Positions 11,781 through 20,379 of a stretch of 28,904 nt of DNA are shown here, piece after piece (the stretch's first letter is position 1; each line of letters opens with the position of its first letter). The position numbers were made by a program, and so were the translations under genes. Below the pieces are notes generated by a model that ran no database searches, was not told where the DNA came from, and worked only from the letters and a program-made list of their open reading frames with translations. Source of the DNA: a virus (lineage: Duplodnaviria; Heunggongvirae; Uroviricota; Caudoviricetes); IMG/VR virus record IMGVR_UViG_2600254985_000007; one strand, given 5' to 3'.

Positions 11781-12590
11781 TCATCTCGTTACTTTTGAGA
11801 GAATGGAATCAGCCATAGACTCCTGTTTATGGCATTCGGCGACCAACTCCTCAAATAGCGGCTGAAGTTGCTCATATGCCGCCGTTTTCTTTATCTCCGC
11901 AACAGTATTAACGCCCTCAATTACCGTTGAGAACTTAAGCCTGGCGTAACCTCTACCACCGCAGCGGTCGCAGGCTTTCATTACTGGAACGCCCTGGCGA
12001 TCGCTTTCTGCCTTGTCCAGCACCTTACCTTTGCCATGGCAGCGACACGAATTGCTGATAACGCCTTTTCCGTTACACGGCTTGCACTTAACTCGCACCA
12101 CCTCACGCGCCTGTGTCCAGCTCTCCCAGTCGCTTGGGCGAACGGCACGCGACATTTTCGACCAGTAAGGCGGTTTCCCCCATGGGTATGAGACCTTGTT
12201 GGTAAACACTTGCGCCTCTGTAAATCCGCCACCATCACAGCAATCACATTTTCGAGTGCTGGCAGCACTTCTTGAATAATCCTGGTATGCAAAAGCGCAG
12301 AGAACCTTAAGCACGCCTGACCGAGCTGATTCATCGAGTTCAGACAGTGCTCTGAATTTACCTGATAACTTACGTGCCTGCTCATAGAGTCTCTCCAGTG
12401 CTATATCTGGGCTGCTAATGCCGATTTTCGAGAGGTAAAGATCGAAACCAAACCCGCACTTGTGGCCAGCAAGGCCAAGCGCCGCCATAACGTCAGTGCC
12501 GGTGAGACTGTCTGATGCGGTTGCGCGAGGAGAGTCACTGAACATCGGTGATTTAGGCGCAAAGTATTTAGCGATTGATTCGAGGTTCAT
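11781..12590 (-). CDS. Q: late gene antiterminator Q (lambda Q family, longer than lambda Q with extra Cys-rich segment)
   Basis: MNLESIAKYFAPKSPMFSDSPRATASDSLTGTDVMAALG... and C-terminal ...VAECHKQESMADSILSKVTR match lambda Q; central region has additional CxxC pairs. Confidence 0.88.
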   Translation of the reverse strand: MNLESIAKYFAPKSPMFSDSPRATASDSLTGTDVMAALGLAGHKCGFGFDLYLSKIGISSPDIALERLYEQARKLSGKFRALSELDESARSGVLKVLCAFAYQDYSRSAASTRKCDCCDGGGFTEAQVFTNKVSYPWGKPPYWSKMSRAVRPSDWESWTQAREVVRVKCKPCNGKGVISNSCRCHGKGKVLDKAESDRQGVPVMKACDRCGGRGYARLKFSTVIEGVNTVAEIKKTAAYEQLQPLFEELVAECHKQESMADSILSKVTR

Positions 12591-12702
12591 TATGCGGCTT
12601 CCTTCTGTGGCTGGTGGGTTTTGGTCTGGCTGTGCTTTACTATTGGCGGCATGCTGGCGCGCTTAACGCTTTCGGCCTGGTATCGGGTTATCTCGTCTCT
12701 GG

Positions 12703-12909
12703 TCATGATGGCCTCCGATTCCAGGCGCGAATTGCATCGCGCTTTGTTGGATAGGTGTCAGTTATCGGCTTAATCAAGCATTGCTTTGTTGAACAACCGG
12801 CGTAGACACCATCACCATCAGAAAAAAGTTCTGCGCCGCCGCCACAGAACGGACACTCAAGCAGAAAAGCCCAATGAGGTAGCTTGAGATCGAATATCAT
12901 TGGTTTCAT
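12703..12909 (-). CDS. Lar-family restriction alleviation-like zinc-ribbon protein
   Basis: 68 aa with CPFCGG...GCSTKQC zinc-ribbon pattern, placed in the nin region between NinG and Q. Family assignment from motif only. Confidence 0.5.
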   Translation of the reverse strand: MKPMIFDLKLPHWAFLLECPFCGGGAELFSDGDGVYAGCSTKQCLIKPITDTYPTKRDAIRAWNRRPS

Positions 12910-13547
12910 GCTGCCTCCCGCTGTTTCAGTGCTTTGAGCTTGTCGCGGTACTCATCCCGGATCCGGATGAAGTCTTCACGGCGGTAGTTGGTCATTTCGT
13001 GGGGACCATTGAGCCAGTTGACGTATCCCTGACCGTAACGAGCGACCAACCCAGCTTCGTATTGCTGCGCCACGGTCGCCTCTTTGGCGGTGTACTTGCC
13101 AGCTCCGGCATTACAGGATTTGCACTGCTTATGGGCGTTGCGTTCTTCAAAGCGCAGTTCAGGGTAAGCACCTACTGTCTTGAAATGGCCGCAATCCCAC
13201 TGGCCACCATGCAGATCAGGCGGATTGGTCTCGCCGCAGCTGATGCATGGCAAATCGGCGTCGCGCGCACGGATAAAGGCGTTGAAAGCTTTCTGAGCCT
13301 GAGCCTTGTAGTATCCGTCTGGCCTGAGCTCTGCCAGCCGCTCCTTGCGGCGTTTGCGCCCGTCCTTTTCAGCCTCTTTTTGCTCCTTGATGCGCTTAGC
13401 CGCGGCTTTCACCTTCTCCTTCTTGCGTTCTTCCATTGCGAGGATTGCGCCATGCTCCGGGCTGCACCACCGGATCCGGATGTCGTGGAATTTCGGCACG
13501 AAGTATTCACCGCATACTTTGCACTTACGGCGGGATGGTTTACGCAT
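12906..13547 (-). CDS. ninG: recombination protein NinG (Rap family)
   Basis: [16 protein letters not shown]...WCSPEHG...[21 protein letters not shown]...[15 protein letters not shown] matches lambda NinG. Start set at the internal ATG 13545-13547. Confidence 0.88.
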   Translation of the reverse strand: MRKPSRRKCKVCGEYFVPKFHDIRIRWCSPEHGAILAMEERKKEKVKAAAKRIKEQKEAEKDGRKRRKERLAELRPDGYYKAQAQKAFNAFIRARDADLPCISCGETNPPDLHGGQWDCGHFKTVGAYPELRFEERNAHKQCKSCNAGAGKYTAKEATVAQQYEAGLVARYGQGYVNWLNGPHEMTNYRREDFIRIRDEYRDKLKALKQREAA

Positions 13548-14208
13548 GGGCACCACCTTGAACCTGTACCAGCGTGAGGTTTCCGCAGAACACGGCACCA
13601 GTATCGATGTACATCTGGTTGGCATACTTCAGGGGCTGGCGCGCAGGGGTGTGGCCGAAGATAAACAGATCAGCACCAGCTATCGGCGAGACAATGCCGT
13701 CCTGAGCGTCGCTAACCCGTTCACGATTCCAGATGACCATGTCTTTCGGGACCGGCTTGTCGAACGCATATTCGTTATGCGGGTAGTCAGCGTGGCAGAT
13801 AACGATTTTACGTTCAGCGGTAACCAGCTCGATGACGAATGGCAGGCTGGCCGATTTATGAACCAGAGCCTTAGCCAGCACCTCTTTTTCATAATCAAGA
13901 CTGAAGAACCACACGCCGCCGTTTTCCAGCCAGTGGTTAACGTTTCCATACTCCGATAGCCCATCAATCATCATCTGCTCATGGTTACCTCGCACAGCCC
14001 GGAACCAAGGCATAGTAATCAGCTCCAGGCACTCGACGTTTTCCGCGCCGCGGTCAACAAGGTCTCCAACCGAAATCAGCAAATCACACGCAGGGTCGAA
14101 CGAAACCTTTTCGAGTTCATTCATCAGCAGCGTGTAGCACCCATGCAGATCGCCGACGACGAAAATATTGCGCCAGTCAGCGCCATTAATGCGTTGATAC
14201 ATGCTCAT
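13540..14208 (-). CDS. ninI: serine/threonine protein phosphatase (lambda PP, NinI family)
   Basis: ...[52 protein letters not shown]...[11 protein letters not shown] matches lambda phosphatase. Start at ATG 14206-14208, ATGA-coupled to the ninE stop. Confidence 0.92.
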   Translation of the reverse strand: MSMYQRINGADWRNIFVVGDLHGCYTLLMNELEKVSFDPACDLLISVGDLVDRGAENVECLELITMPWFRAVRGNHEQMMIDGLSEYGNVNHWLENGGVWFFSLDYEKEVLAKALVHKSASLPFVIELVTAERKIVICHADYPHNEYAFDKPVPKDMVIWNRERVSDAQDGIVSPIAGADLFIFGHTPARQPLKYANQMYIDTGAVFCGNLTLVQVQGGAHA

Positions 14209-14375
14209 GCAGATTTTCTCCTCGCCGCGAGTCGCAGCCATTTCTGATCCACCAGGCGGGCGGTGTAGTCTTTCAGGGTCGGGATATCGGATGGCTTAAC
14301 CGCGGGCTTAGGCTTGCGGCGCGCCGGAACGCGAAAGATTTCGTTTGTGATGACGCGGGAAAGTGGAGTTGACAT
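14205..14375 (-). CDS. ninE: NinE-like small protein (56 aa), below the ORF-track size cutoff
   Basis: Manual translation [56 protein letters not shown] resembles lambda NinE (...KPKPIPK...WDIRWLRRRARK). Start overlaps the NinB stop (TGATG). Confidence 0.7.
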   Translation of the reverse strand: MSTPLSRVITNEIFRVPARRKPKPAVKPSDIPTLKDYTARLVDQKWLRLAARRKSA

Positions 14376-14830
14376 CAGGCCTCCTGCTTATCGCGCAGCA
14401 CCTGAAATTCGCTGCTTTGAGGGATTGTGAGCACCAGGCCAAACTGAGCGCACCAGCCTTCCACCTGGCACATGAAATGGTGCATGTCGCCAGTGTCCAG
14501 ATCGGACGTGTGGCGGAGTTCTAATTCAATCGTCTTAATTCCGGTGACGAAATCGGTGTACTCAACCTCTTCATAACCCAGATAAGTTTTTTTGAGGTTT
14601 CGCTTTACCCATGCAGGCGTTGCGTCAGTGCGCCCAGACTTGATCAGGTAGTCGCTTATTTCCTTGTACCAAACGTGGCTCAGACTATTTTGTGAAAGGC
14701 TTCTCTTCTCGCGCCAGTCTTTGAGTTGGAGCCGGAAGCACTCACCGTTTTCGAGAAGTGGCTTCAGATGCTGAGTGATAGCACCAAGATTTCCACGGTG
14801 TAGCTTGATGCCGTCTTTGGGGATAATCAT
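14375..14830 (-). CDS. ninB: recombination mediator NinB (Orf family)
   Basis: Start at ATG 14828-14830 preceded by AAGGAGG; contains the RSLSQN motif and overall resemblance to the NinB family. Confidence 0.7.
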   Translation of the reverse strand: MIIPKDGIKLHRGNLGAITQHLKPLLENGECFRLQLKDWREKRSLSQNSLSHVWYKEISDYLIKSGRTDATPAWVKRNLKKTYLGYEEVEYTDFVTGIKTIELELRHTSDLDTGDMHHFMCQVEGWCAQFGLVLTIPQSSEFQVLRDKQEA

Positions 14831-15050
14831 ACGGCCTCCTTGACGGAAACCGAAGAATACAGAAAATCGCAGGTGCATTTCTGCATCTGTGACAAGGTGA
14901 GAAGTTCATATTGTGGTCGCATTTAAGTCCCCTTAAATGCGCAGAAGTCTGCCAGGGTTGTTCAGGCCGCTGGCAGATTTATTATGGCTCGTTGATAGTG
15001 TTTTATCAAACGTTGCTTGACGTTTAGTTATGCGTCGAATGGGTTCTGCA

Positions 15051-15770
15051 TCACTTCACCTTCCACTGCGGTGCTACTGCAATCATCGCGCGGTATGCAG
15101 CCTGCATGTCGTTGTCATCATCGTCTGTGTACGGAGCCGAATCCCATGCTGCACGCATATCCGGAGTAAGCTCAACCGGCACCATCACCCAACCATCTGG
15201 AATCACCGGAGAGTTGCCACCCTGAACAGTAGGCATATCCGGACCTTTGCGAATCGCCCTGGCAAGTTCGATTTGGTCGTCGTACAACCAGTCACCTGTT
15301 TGCGGATGATTGGCTTCTGCCAATTGTGCAGCCCACTCCAGGCCGTCTTTGTGTCCTTGCAGATAGTCCAGCGGTAACTCATCACTATTACTTACAGGTT
15401 CGGCCTGAAGCATGGCGGCGCGATAGGCGTTCCAGCCGACAGCTTTTCCGTGTTCAAACGCGCTGTCAAAGTCATCATCAATTTCCATCGCAGCGGGCAC
15501 AGATACCGGCGCTGGCGGGGCGGTGTAAAGCGGCGTTACTTCTCGCAGCTGGGCGGCATAAGCATTGCCACTATCGAAGCTGACGTTGTTTTTTGCGCCG
15601 CCGCCTGACAGTAGCCACGCCACAGGCTCCGCTTCGAGCGATGCCAGCGCTAGCTTCATCGCAGCGAGCGCCATCGCCGCGTCTTCGTTCACTGCGCCTG
15701 GCGTAGCATCTCGCTCTTCTTCAAGCTCCGCGATAGTCTTCAGTAGCCATTCTTTGGTAATGGTGCTCAT
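15051..15770 (-). CDS. hypothetical acidic protein (239 aa) in the ren/nin position between P and NinB
   Basis: ORF with start ATGA-coupled to an upstream 21-codon ORF following P; acidic, Ala-rich; no family recognised. Confidence 0.65.
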   Translation of the reverse strand: MSTITKEWLLKTIAELEEERDATPGAVNEDAAMALAAMKLALASLEAEPVAWLLSGGGAKNNVSFDSGNAYAAQLREVTPLYTAPPAPVSVPAAMEIDDDFDSAFEHGKAVGWNAYRAAMLQAEPVSNSDELPLDYLQGHKDGLEWAAQLAEANHPQTGDWLYDDQIELARAIRKGPDMPTVQGGNSPVIPDGWVMVPVELTPDMRAAWDSAPYTDDDDNDMQAAYRAMIAVAPQWKVK

Positions 15771-15833
15771 GGGTTAGTCCTCAGTATCCTACGCAGGGCT
15801 GCAAGAATCTGCCCGCGGATTGTTATGTTCATG

Positions 15834-16523
15834 TCACACCATCCCGTTCGACTTGTTGCGGTTGTACTTGGCCAGCAGCAGCTGGATCGGCGTCGGCCCT
15901 TGCTCGGCAGCTGGTGCGGCAATAGCCCGGCGTACCGGCGGCACTGGCTTACCCTCGGTGACGCGCCTTTCCCACATGTCCAGCAGATCGCCTGCCTCGC
16001 GTGCCAGTTCACCATGCGTTAACTGGCGCTCGGTGCTGCGGTGGCGCAATTCTACGCAAATGTGGTACATGACCGGCTGCGACCATGGAAATTGCTCGCT
16101 GGAGATGAATTCGAACGAACGATTACGCCATTCCCAGTACTCGGCGATCACCTGGTCAACGTTGACGCCCAGCGCGCCGCCGCTCTGCTTGCACCAGGCG
16201 ACGAACTGGCCCGGCGACGGCAGGAATGGGCGCTCCTGGCGGCGGGCAATGCGCATGCCGGCATCGACCTGAGCCATGGTGTGGATCCCGTTCTCCTGAA
16301 ACGCCAGCAGCCACTGACGGCGGAATTCGTTCAGGTCTTCCTGGGTGCGGAAGTTCGCCATGCTGGCCGGGAACGCGGCGCGCAGCTCGTTGAACAGCTT
16401 GTTGAATACCTGCGCCACCTGCTCGACCGGCGCGCACTCCTGGTACTGCTCTGGCAGGTTATGGGCCATGCGGCTCATCTGCTCGCGGTCGTGGTTACGC
16501 ATCTGCTCTGCAAGAGATTTCAT
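15834..16523 (-). CDS. P: replication protein P (DnaB helicase loader), lambda P family
   Basis: MKSLAEQMRNHDREQMSRMAHNLPEQY...RPFLPSPGQFVAWC... matches lambda P. Confidence 0.93.
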   Translation of the reverse strand: MKSLAEQMRNHDREQMSRMAHNLPEQYQECAPVEQVAQVFNKLFNELRAAFPASMANFRTQEDLNEFRRQWLLAFQENGIHTMAQVDAGMRIARRQERPFLPSPGQFVAWCKQSGGALGVNVDQVIAEYWEWRNRSFEFISSEQFPWSQPVMYHICVELRHRSTERQLTHGELAREAGDLLDMWERRVTEGKPVPPVRRAIAAPAAEQGPTPIQLLLAKYNRNKSNGMV

Positions 16524-17428
16524 CGGATCACCCCATAGGCCCAGTCAGTGTTGTTGAAGTCCAGATCTGGCTTGACAGCGCGCTGCTCACCTCCGGCGTT
16601 ACGCTGCATTGTCAGCTTGTCCCACTGCTTACGCAGGCTTTCGGGACTCAGGATGTTGGTCTGCCAGAAGTGGTGTTTGCTAGCCCAGTCATACAGCGCG
16701 CAGATGTCCTGGTGCGACCGGTTGTCTATCTGGCGCATCAGGCGAACAGTGTTAGACCAGGAGGTCATGTCCGGGGCTTTGCAGGTTGGGTTAATCAGCT
16801 TCACCCTGGAGGAAATCCACTTAGCTGTCTCGAGGTCTTCAGCAGAGCCCCACTTCGCACCGGATGGTGTGTAGACCGCAGCTTCAGGATGAGTTGATAA
16901 AAATTTCTTCAGACGTGCGTCAGAGGATTCGTCAGAATTCTCGGACGAAGATCTTTTAATACTGTTCTTGTTCTTGTATTGGGTGTCTACCGTTTTCGGG
17001 AAGGTTATTCCTGATTTCGGGAAGGATTTTCCCGTTTTCGGGAATTTTCTTCCCGTTTCCGGTTTGTCTAAAATCCATGCTGAAAGGTCAGTGTTTACAC
17101 CGACGATTTTCATCATGCCCTGCTTCTGTGAAAAGATGATTTTGCGTTCTGCGAGAGACTTAAGCGCGTCCGATACATGCGTATCGCTCAGGCCCGTAAG
17201 CTCGGCAATAACCGTATTTGTCACGCGGTCCTGTTTCTTGTTCCAGCCGTAGGTAAGCCAGATCACCGCCTCAAAACATTGCCATTCCCGGCCTGACAGT
17301 CTCAGGCGAGGCTTAAGCTGTTGGATCTCGTTAGCGACCTTGGTATACCCGTTCGACAGGTCGGCCATACGACCTCCCGGTTGTTCGGTTTTATTTGGGA
17401 AATTGATTATTTCAGCGGTGTTTGACAT
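16520..17428 (-). CDS. O: replication initiator O (lambda O-like), contains origin iterons
   Basis: N-terminus MSNTAEIINFPN...TYGWNK... is lambda O-like. Internal repeated GKSFPKSGITFPK coding segment corresponds to DNA iterons. Start set at ATG 17426-17428. Confidence 0.88.
   Translation of the reverse strand: MSNTAEIINFPNKTEQPGGRMADLSNGYTKVANEIQQLKPRLRLSGREWQCFEAVIWLTYGWNKKQDRVTNTVIAELTGLSDTHVSDALKSLAERKIIFSQKQGMMKIVGVNTDLSAWILDKPETGRKFPKTGKSFPKSGITFPKTVDTQYKNKNSIKRSSSENSDESSDARLKKFLSTHPEAAVYTPSGAKWGSAEDLETAKWISSRVKLINPTCKAPDMTSWSNTVRLMRQIDNRSHQDICALYDWASKHHFWQTNILSPESLRKQWDKLTMQRNAGGEQRAVKPDLDFNNTDWAYGVIR
16968..17060. repeat. ori: ori iterons (four or more tandem copies of a TTTCGGGAA-type repeat) inside the O gene, followed by an AT-rich stretch
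   Basis: CCGTTTTCGGGAAGG / TGATTTCGGGAAGG / CCGTTTTCGGGAAT / CCCGTTTCCGG direct repeats, the classic arrangement of lambdoid ori within O. Confidence 0.8.
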
Positions 17429-17513
17429 ACTTACTCCCGTTACTTGCCGTAACACAGTGTGATAAGGGCCTTTGAAGTTACCGCTTCAAGGGCTTTTTCT
17501 TTTCTTGTGCCTC

Positions 17514-18056
17514 TCATATAACCCCCAGCATCGATGTAACCATCGTCATCAGCGGTCCTACCTGCTCCGGCATGAGGCGAAACAATGACGCTATGCCCTC
17601 GCTTACCTCCTTCATTTTCTGGTGCTCAGGCGCGTTCAGGAGAACGGCTTGCTTTGCTTCTGAACATTCCTTCATGGCAGATGCGATCAGCGACATGGTG
17701 TCGTTCTGCGGCGCCAGGCGTGTACGAAACTCAACAGGAAGAACAGCCATGATTGCCGGGGTCAGTTCTCTAACGTTCTCGCGGTACTGATCGGAGTCGA
17801 AGCGGTTATCCAGAAAGCGAAAAAGTTTCTGGCGCGCCCTGCTGATGTCTTCTGGGAAGCTGATGGCGGTACCGCCCTGCTCCCGGTATTCGTTGATGAT
17901 CAGCGCTGACACTACGTCCTGATTGTCCAGGGACGACGACCATGCACGGACCGCATCGCGGATTTTGTCGTGACCTGGCTCCGCCTTAGGTTGAGCGCGG
18001 TTTATCATCGCTCCCGGGTGTATTCCGGTATTGTGTTGATACGCAAGTGAATGCAT
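17514..18056 (-). CDS. ydaT: YdaT-like protein in the cII position
   Basis: Segment ...INEYREQGGTAISFPEDISRARQKLFRFL...LTPAIMAVLPVEFRTRL... resembles Rac YdaT; follows the Cro-like YdaS gene. Start codon uncertain (alternative ATG at 18006-18008). Confidence 0.6.
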   Translation of the reverse strand: MHSLAYQHNTGIHPGAMINRAQPKAEPGHDKIRDAVRAWSSSLDNQDVVSALIINEYREQGGTAISFPEDISRARQKLFRFLDNRFDSDQYRENVRELTPAIMAVLPVEFRTRLAPQNDTMSLIASAMKECSEAKQAVLLNAPEHQKMKEVSEGIASLFRLMPEQVGPLMTMVTSMLGVI

Positions 18057-18086
18057 TGCTTTCCATTTCGTGGTTAGAGCCGCCGG

Positions 18087-18308
18087 TTAGGCGGCAAAGA
18101 TACCTGGATATAGAACTTCGCGAGGAAGTCCGGTTACTTCTTCGTATTTACGCATTTTTGTTACTGGAAGGCTGCCACCTCGCTTTTTAAGCATATTGAT
18201 GGCCTGAGGCGTTACGCCGACCTTTTCAGCAAGCACCTTTTGAGAGCCGCCCACTGCATTAATGGCTTTCTCAAGCGGGGTGCTGGCGTTGGATTTTTTG
18301 TTGATCAT
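18087..18308 (-). CDS. cro: Cro-like HTH repressor (YdaS family)
   Basis: 73 aa with HTH ...GSQKVLAEKVGVTPQAINMLKKRGG...; divergent from cI across an operator-containing intergenic region. Confidence 0.85.
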   Translation of the reverse strand: MINKKSNASTPLEKAINAVGGSQKVLAEKVGVTPQAINMLKKRGGSLPVTKMRKYEEVTGLPREVLYPGIFAA

Positions 18309-18338
18309 GTTTTGCTCCGCTCATGTGTAATCAACACC

Positions 18339-18367
18339 ATGTTAATTCATGGCGTGGATTAAATCAA
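18339..18367 (-). promoter_or_regulatory. PR-like promoter for cro within the OR operator region (operator repeats at 18328, 18361, 18385)
   Basis: Minus strand TTGATT-N17-TAACAT upstream of cro; three direct AAATC(A/C)ACA repeats in the cI-cro intergenic region. Confidence 0.5.
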
Positions 18368-18425
18368 CATTATGGTGATGGAAAAAATCCACATGTTGTT
18401 TACCATGCATGGAGCGGAGGGTTTT

Positions 18426-19136
18426 ATGAGCAGCATTTCTGAAAGAATTAAATTTTTACTGGCAAGGGAAGGCTTGAAGCAGCGGGATTTGGCTGAGGCT
18501 TTGTCGACTAGCCCACAGACCGTCAACAACTGGATAAAAAGAGACGCGTTAAGTCGTGAGGCGGCGCAACAAATATCTGAAAAATTCGGTTATTCTCTTG
18601 ACTGGTTATTAAATGGAGAGGGTTCTCCAAAGAAGGATCTGGAGAGCAACATCCCGCCAGAGTCTGAGTGGGGAACTGTCGACGCTTGGGACAAAAATAC
18701 CCCCCTACCTGACGATGAGGTGGAAGTACCGTTTCTGAAGGATATCGAGTTTGCGTGTGGTGATGGACGAGTACACGATGAGGATCACAACGGTTTTAAA
18801 TTGCGCTTTTCAAAAGCAACGCTCCGTCGAGTTGGAGCCAATAGTGATGGTTCTGGTGTCCTGTGTTTTCCTGCATCAGGAGACAGTATGGAGCCAGTCA
18901 TTCCTGATGGTGCAACTGTAGCTGTTGATACTGGTAATAAGCGAGTTATTGACGGCGAACTCTACGCCATCAACCAGGGAGATCTGAAGCGCATCAAGCA
19001 ACTTTATCGCAAACCAGGCGGAAAAATTCTAATCAGAAGCATTAATCGTGATTATGACGACGAAGAGGCCGATGAGGCAGATGTCGAGATAATCGGTTTT
19101 GTGTTCTGGTACTCGGTATTGCGATATCGCCGATAA
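18426..19136 (+). CDS. cI: CI-like prophage repressor (HTH plus S24 LexA-like peptidase domain)
   Basis: HTH ...LKQRDLAEALSTSPQTVNNWIKRD... and C-terminal S24 signature ...PASGDSMEPVIPDGATVAVD...GELYAINQGDLKRIKQLYRKPGGKILIRSINRDY. Start at ATG 18426 with GGAGG SD; the track ORF begins upstream at 18372. Confidence 0.9.
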   Translation: MSSISERIKFLLAREGLKQRDLAEALSTSPQTVNNWIKRDALSREAAQQISEKFGYSLDWLLNGEGSPKKDLESNIPPESEWGTVDAWDKNTPLPDDEVEVPFLKDIEFACGDGRVHDEDHNGFKLRFSKATLRRVGANSDGSGVLCFPASGDSMEPVIPDGATVAVDTGNKRVIDGELYAINQGDLKRIKQLYRKPGGKILIRSINRDYDDEEADEADVEIIGFVFWYSVLRYRR

Positions 19137-19165
19137 TTTTAGTGGCCTGAAGAGACGTTTGGGTG

Positions 19166-19237
19166 ATGAGAGAATATCTGATAGTAGGCGTGGTTACTTT
19201 GCTCTCGGTTGTTGCGATCGTGCTTATGGTGGCCTGA
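19166..19237 (+). CDS. candidate 23-aa hydrophobic peptide (MREYLIVGVVTLLSVVAIVLMVA)
   Basis: Manual translation of a short ORF between cI and the next gene; entirely hydrophobic apart from the first residues; weak SD. Lies between two ~28-bp direct repeats. Confidence 0.3.
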   Translation: MREYLIVGVVTLLSVVAIVLMVA

Positions 19238-19272
19238 TGAGACGTTTTGGTGAAAGCATATAAGGACTGTTG

Positions 19273-20139
19273 ATGGAAAACACTGGCTTACACGATGTTA
19301 ATTTTTCACTTAGATATGACGGTTTGGATGCTGAAAAGCATGAGATTGAACTTTCTTCGCTCGGTGAATCGCTAAAGGGATTTTCGAAGATATTAGCTAC
19401 AGCTGGAACCTTCGCATTAACCCAAAAGTACTCGCGAAGCACCTCAACTCAAGAGGTTAAAATTTACGCTACCGAAGCTAGGGCCAATTGTTTTTCTCTT
19501 GATACTATCATGAATTTTATCAGTCAGTCTCAATTGTTCTCAGGGTCTGCGGGGGCTATACTTGGCGCATTAGTGCCTTATATCTTCGCTAAAAACTCGC
19601 AGAAGAAAGAGGAAATGAAATACCTAAAAGAAGCACTTGAGAAGGCAATTGAGGCCCTCGGAAATAAAGATAAAGATACCATCTCAGGTCTAATCTCAGT
19701 GATTGACAAGATGGCTAGTGAGTTACGCCCATCAGTTAGACAGGCAGTTTCCCCCATCGGTACCACCTGTAATAAGATAAGCGTCACACCGGGGAATGGT
19801 TTCAAGCCTGCTGTAATTGATGAGCAAGATAAAGCAGTAATAGACCAGTTGGACGACGACGAAGTTCTTGGCTTAAGGGAGTATCGAATCTTCCTTACTG
19901 AATTCGACGCTCACCGAATGACCGCTAAAGTCATTATAGAAGGTGATGATTCAGATAAGCGCATCTCAGCACAAATAAGCGATCCATCTGCTTCAAAGGC
20001 AGACAACCCGTATCTCATTTCACTTAGTCGTTTTCTGTCAACGGGTCTAAGTCATGAGTCAGCGGTAAAAGTAACTGCCAAAGCAGCAGTTAGAAAAGGG
20101 GCTATTAGTAAACTTTTCATAGTTGATATTGAGCTTTAA
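19273..20139 (+). CDS. hypothetical protein (288 aa), AT-rich cargo gene in the rexAB position downstream of cI
   Basis: ORF with AAGGA SD 6 nt upstream of ATG 19273 (track start at 19270 is TTG); lower GC than flanking genes; followed by an intrinsic terminator; no recognisable family. Confidence 0.75.
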   Translation: MENTGLHDVNFSLRYDGLDAEKHEIELSSLGESLKGFSKILATAGTFALTQKYSRSTSTQEVKIYATEARANCFSLDTIMNFISQSQLFSGSAGAILGALVPYIFAKNSQKKEEMKYLKEALEKAIEALGNKDKDTISGLISVIDKMASELRPSVRQAVSPIGTTCNKISVTPGNGFKPAVIDEQDKAVIDQLDDDEVLGLREYRIFLTEFDAHRMTAKVIIEGDDSDKRISAQISDPSASKADNPYLISLSRFLSTGLSHESAVKVTAKAAVRKGAISKLFIVDIEL

Positions 20140-20142
20140 CAA

Positions 20143-20166
20143 CCGGCCACCGCGCCGGGTTTTTTG
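20143..20166 (+). terminator. intrinsic terminator ending the cI-cargo transcript
   Basis: CCGGC-CACCGC-GCCGG hairpin followed by GTTTTTTG, 4 nt after the stop codon. Confidence 0.7.
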
Positions 20167-20169
20167 TGC

Positions 20170-20379
20170 CTACTTCACAGCTTTACTACCCTTCCTGACT
20201 ATCTCAGCTGCATCCCTGTTCACACCCTTACCTATCACGTTTCCCGTTTCCTTCCGGTACCGTTCCAGCTTGTCGATGATGTTTTGCTGGGTCATAGGTA
20301 AATCTGCCAGTGACAACTCCATGACCGCCCGCCCCATGGCGTGAACCATCATGTTCACTCTTTCTTCATCCAAGTCCAT
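20170..20379 (-). CDS. hypothetical small protein (69 aa), divergent from PL and convergent with the rex-position gene
   Basis: Strong SD (AAGGAG-N6-ATG); MDLDEERVNMMVHAMGRAVMELSLADLPMTQQNIIDKLERYRKETGN...; no family recognised. Confidence 0.7.
   Translation of the reverse strand: MDLDEERVNMMVHAMGRAVMELSLADLPMTQQNIIDKLERYRKETGNVIGKGVNRDAAEIVRKGSKAVK

Noticed and set aside
12460-12666. 68-aa plus-strand ORF between Q and the Lar-like gene
   Set aside because: Mostly antisense to the 5' end of Q, with no SD.
15767-16015. 82-aa minus-strand ORF overlapping the 3' end of P
   Set aside because: Out-of-frame overlap with P. Only its last 21 codons, after the P stop, could be an independent coupling ORF; not annotated as a gene.
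16968-17060. Short tandem repeats that might suggest a CRISPR array
   Set aside because: Repeats are about 14 bp with almost no spacers and lie inside the O reading frame; they are replication-origin iterons.
18309-18425. Search for a LexA/SOS box near the repressor region
   Set aside because: No CTGT-N8-ACAG-like sequence found by eye in the immunity or Rha regions.
19228-19256. CUGAUGAG motif suggestive of a hammerhead ribozyme core
   Set aside because: No flanking helices I, II or III and no GAAA element in the required arrangement; the motif is part of a direct repeat.
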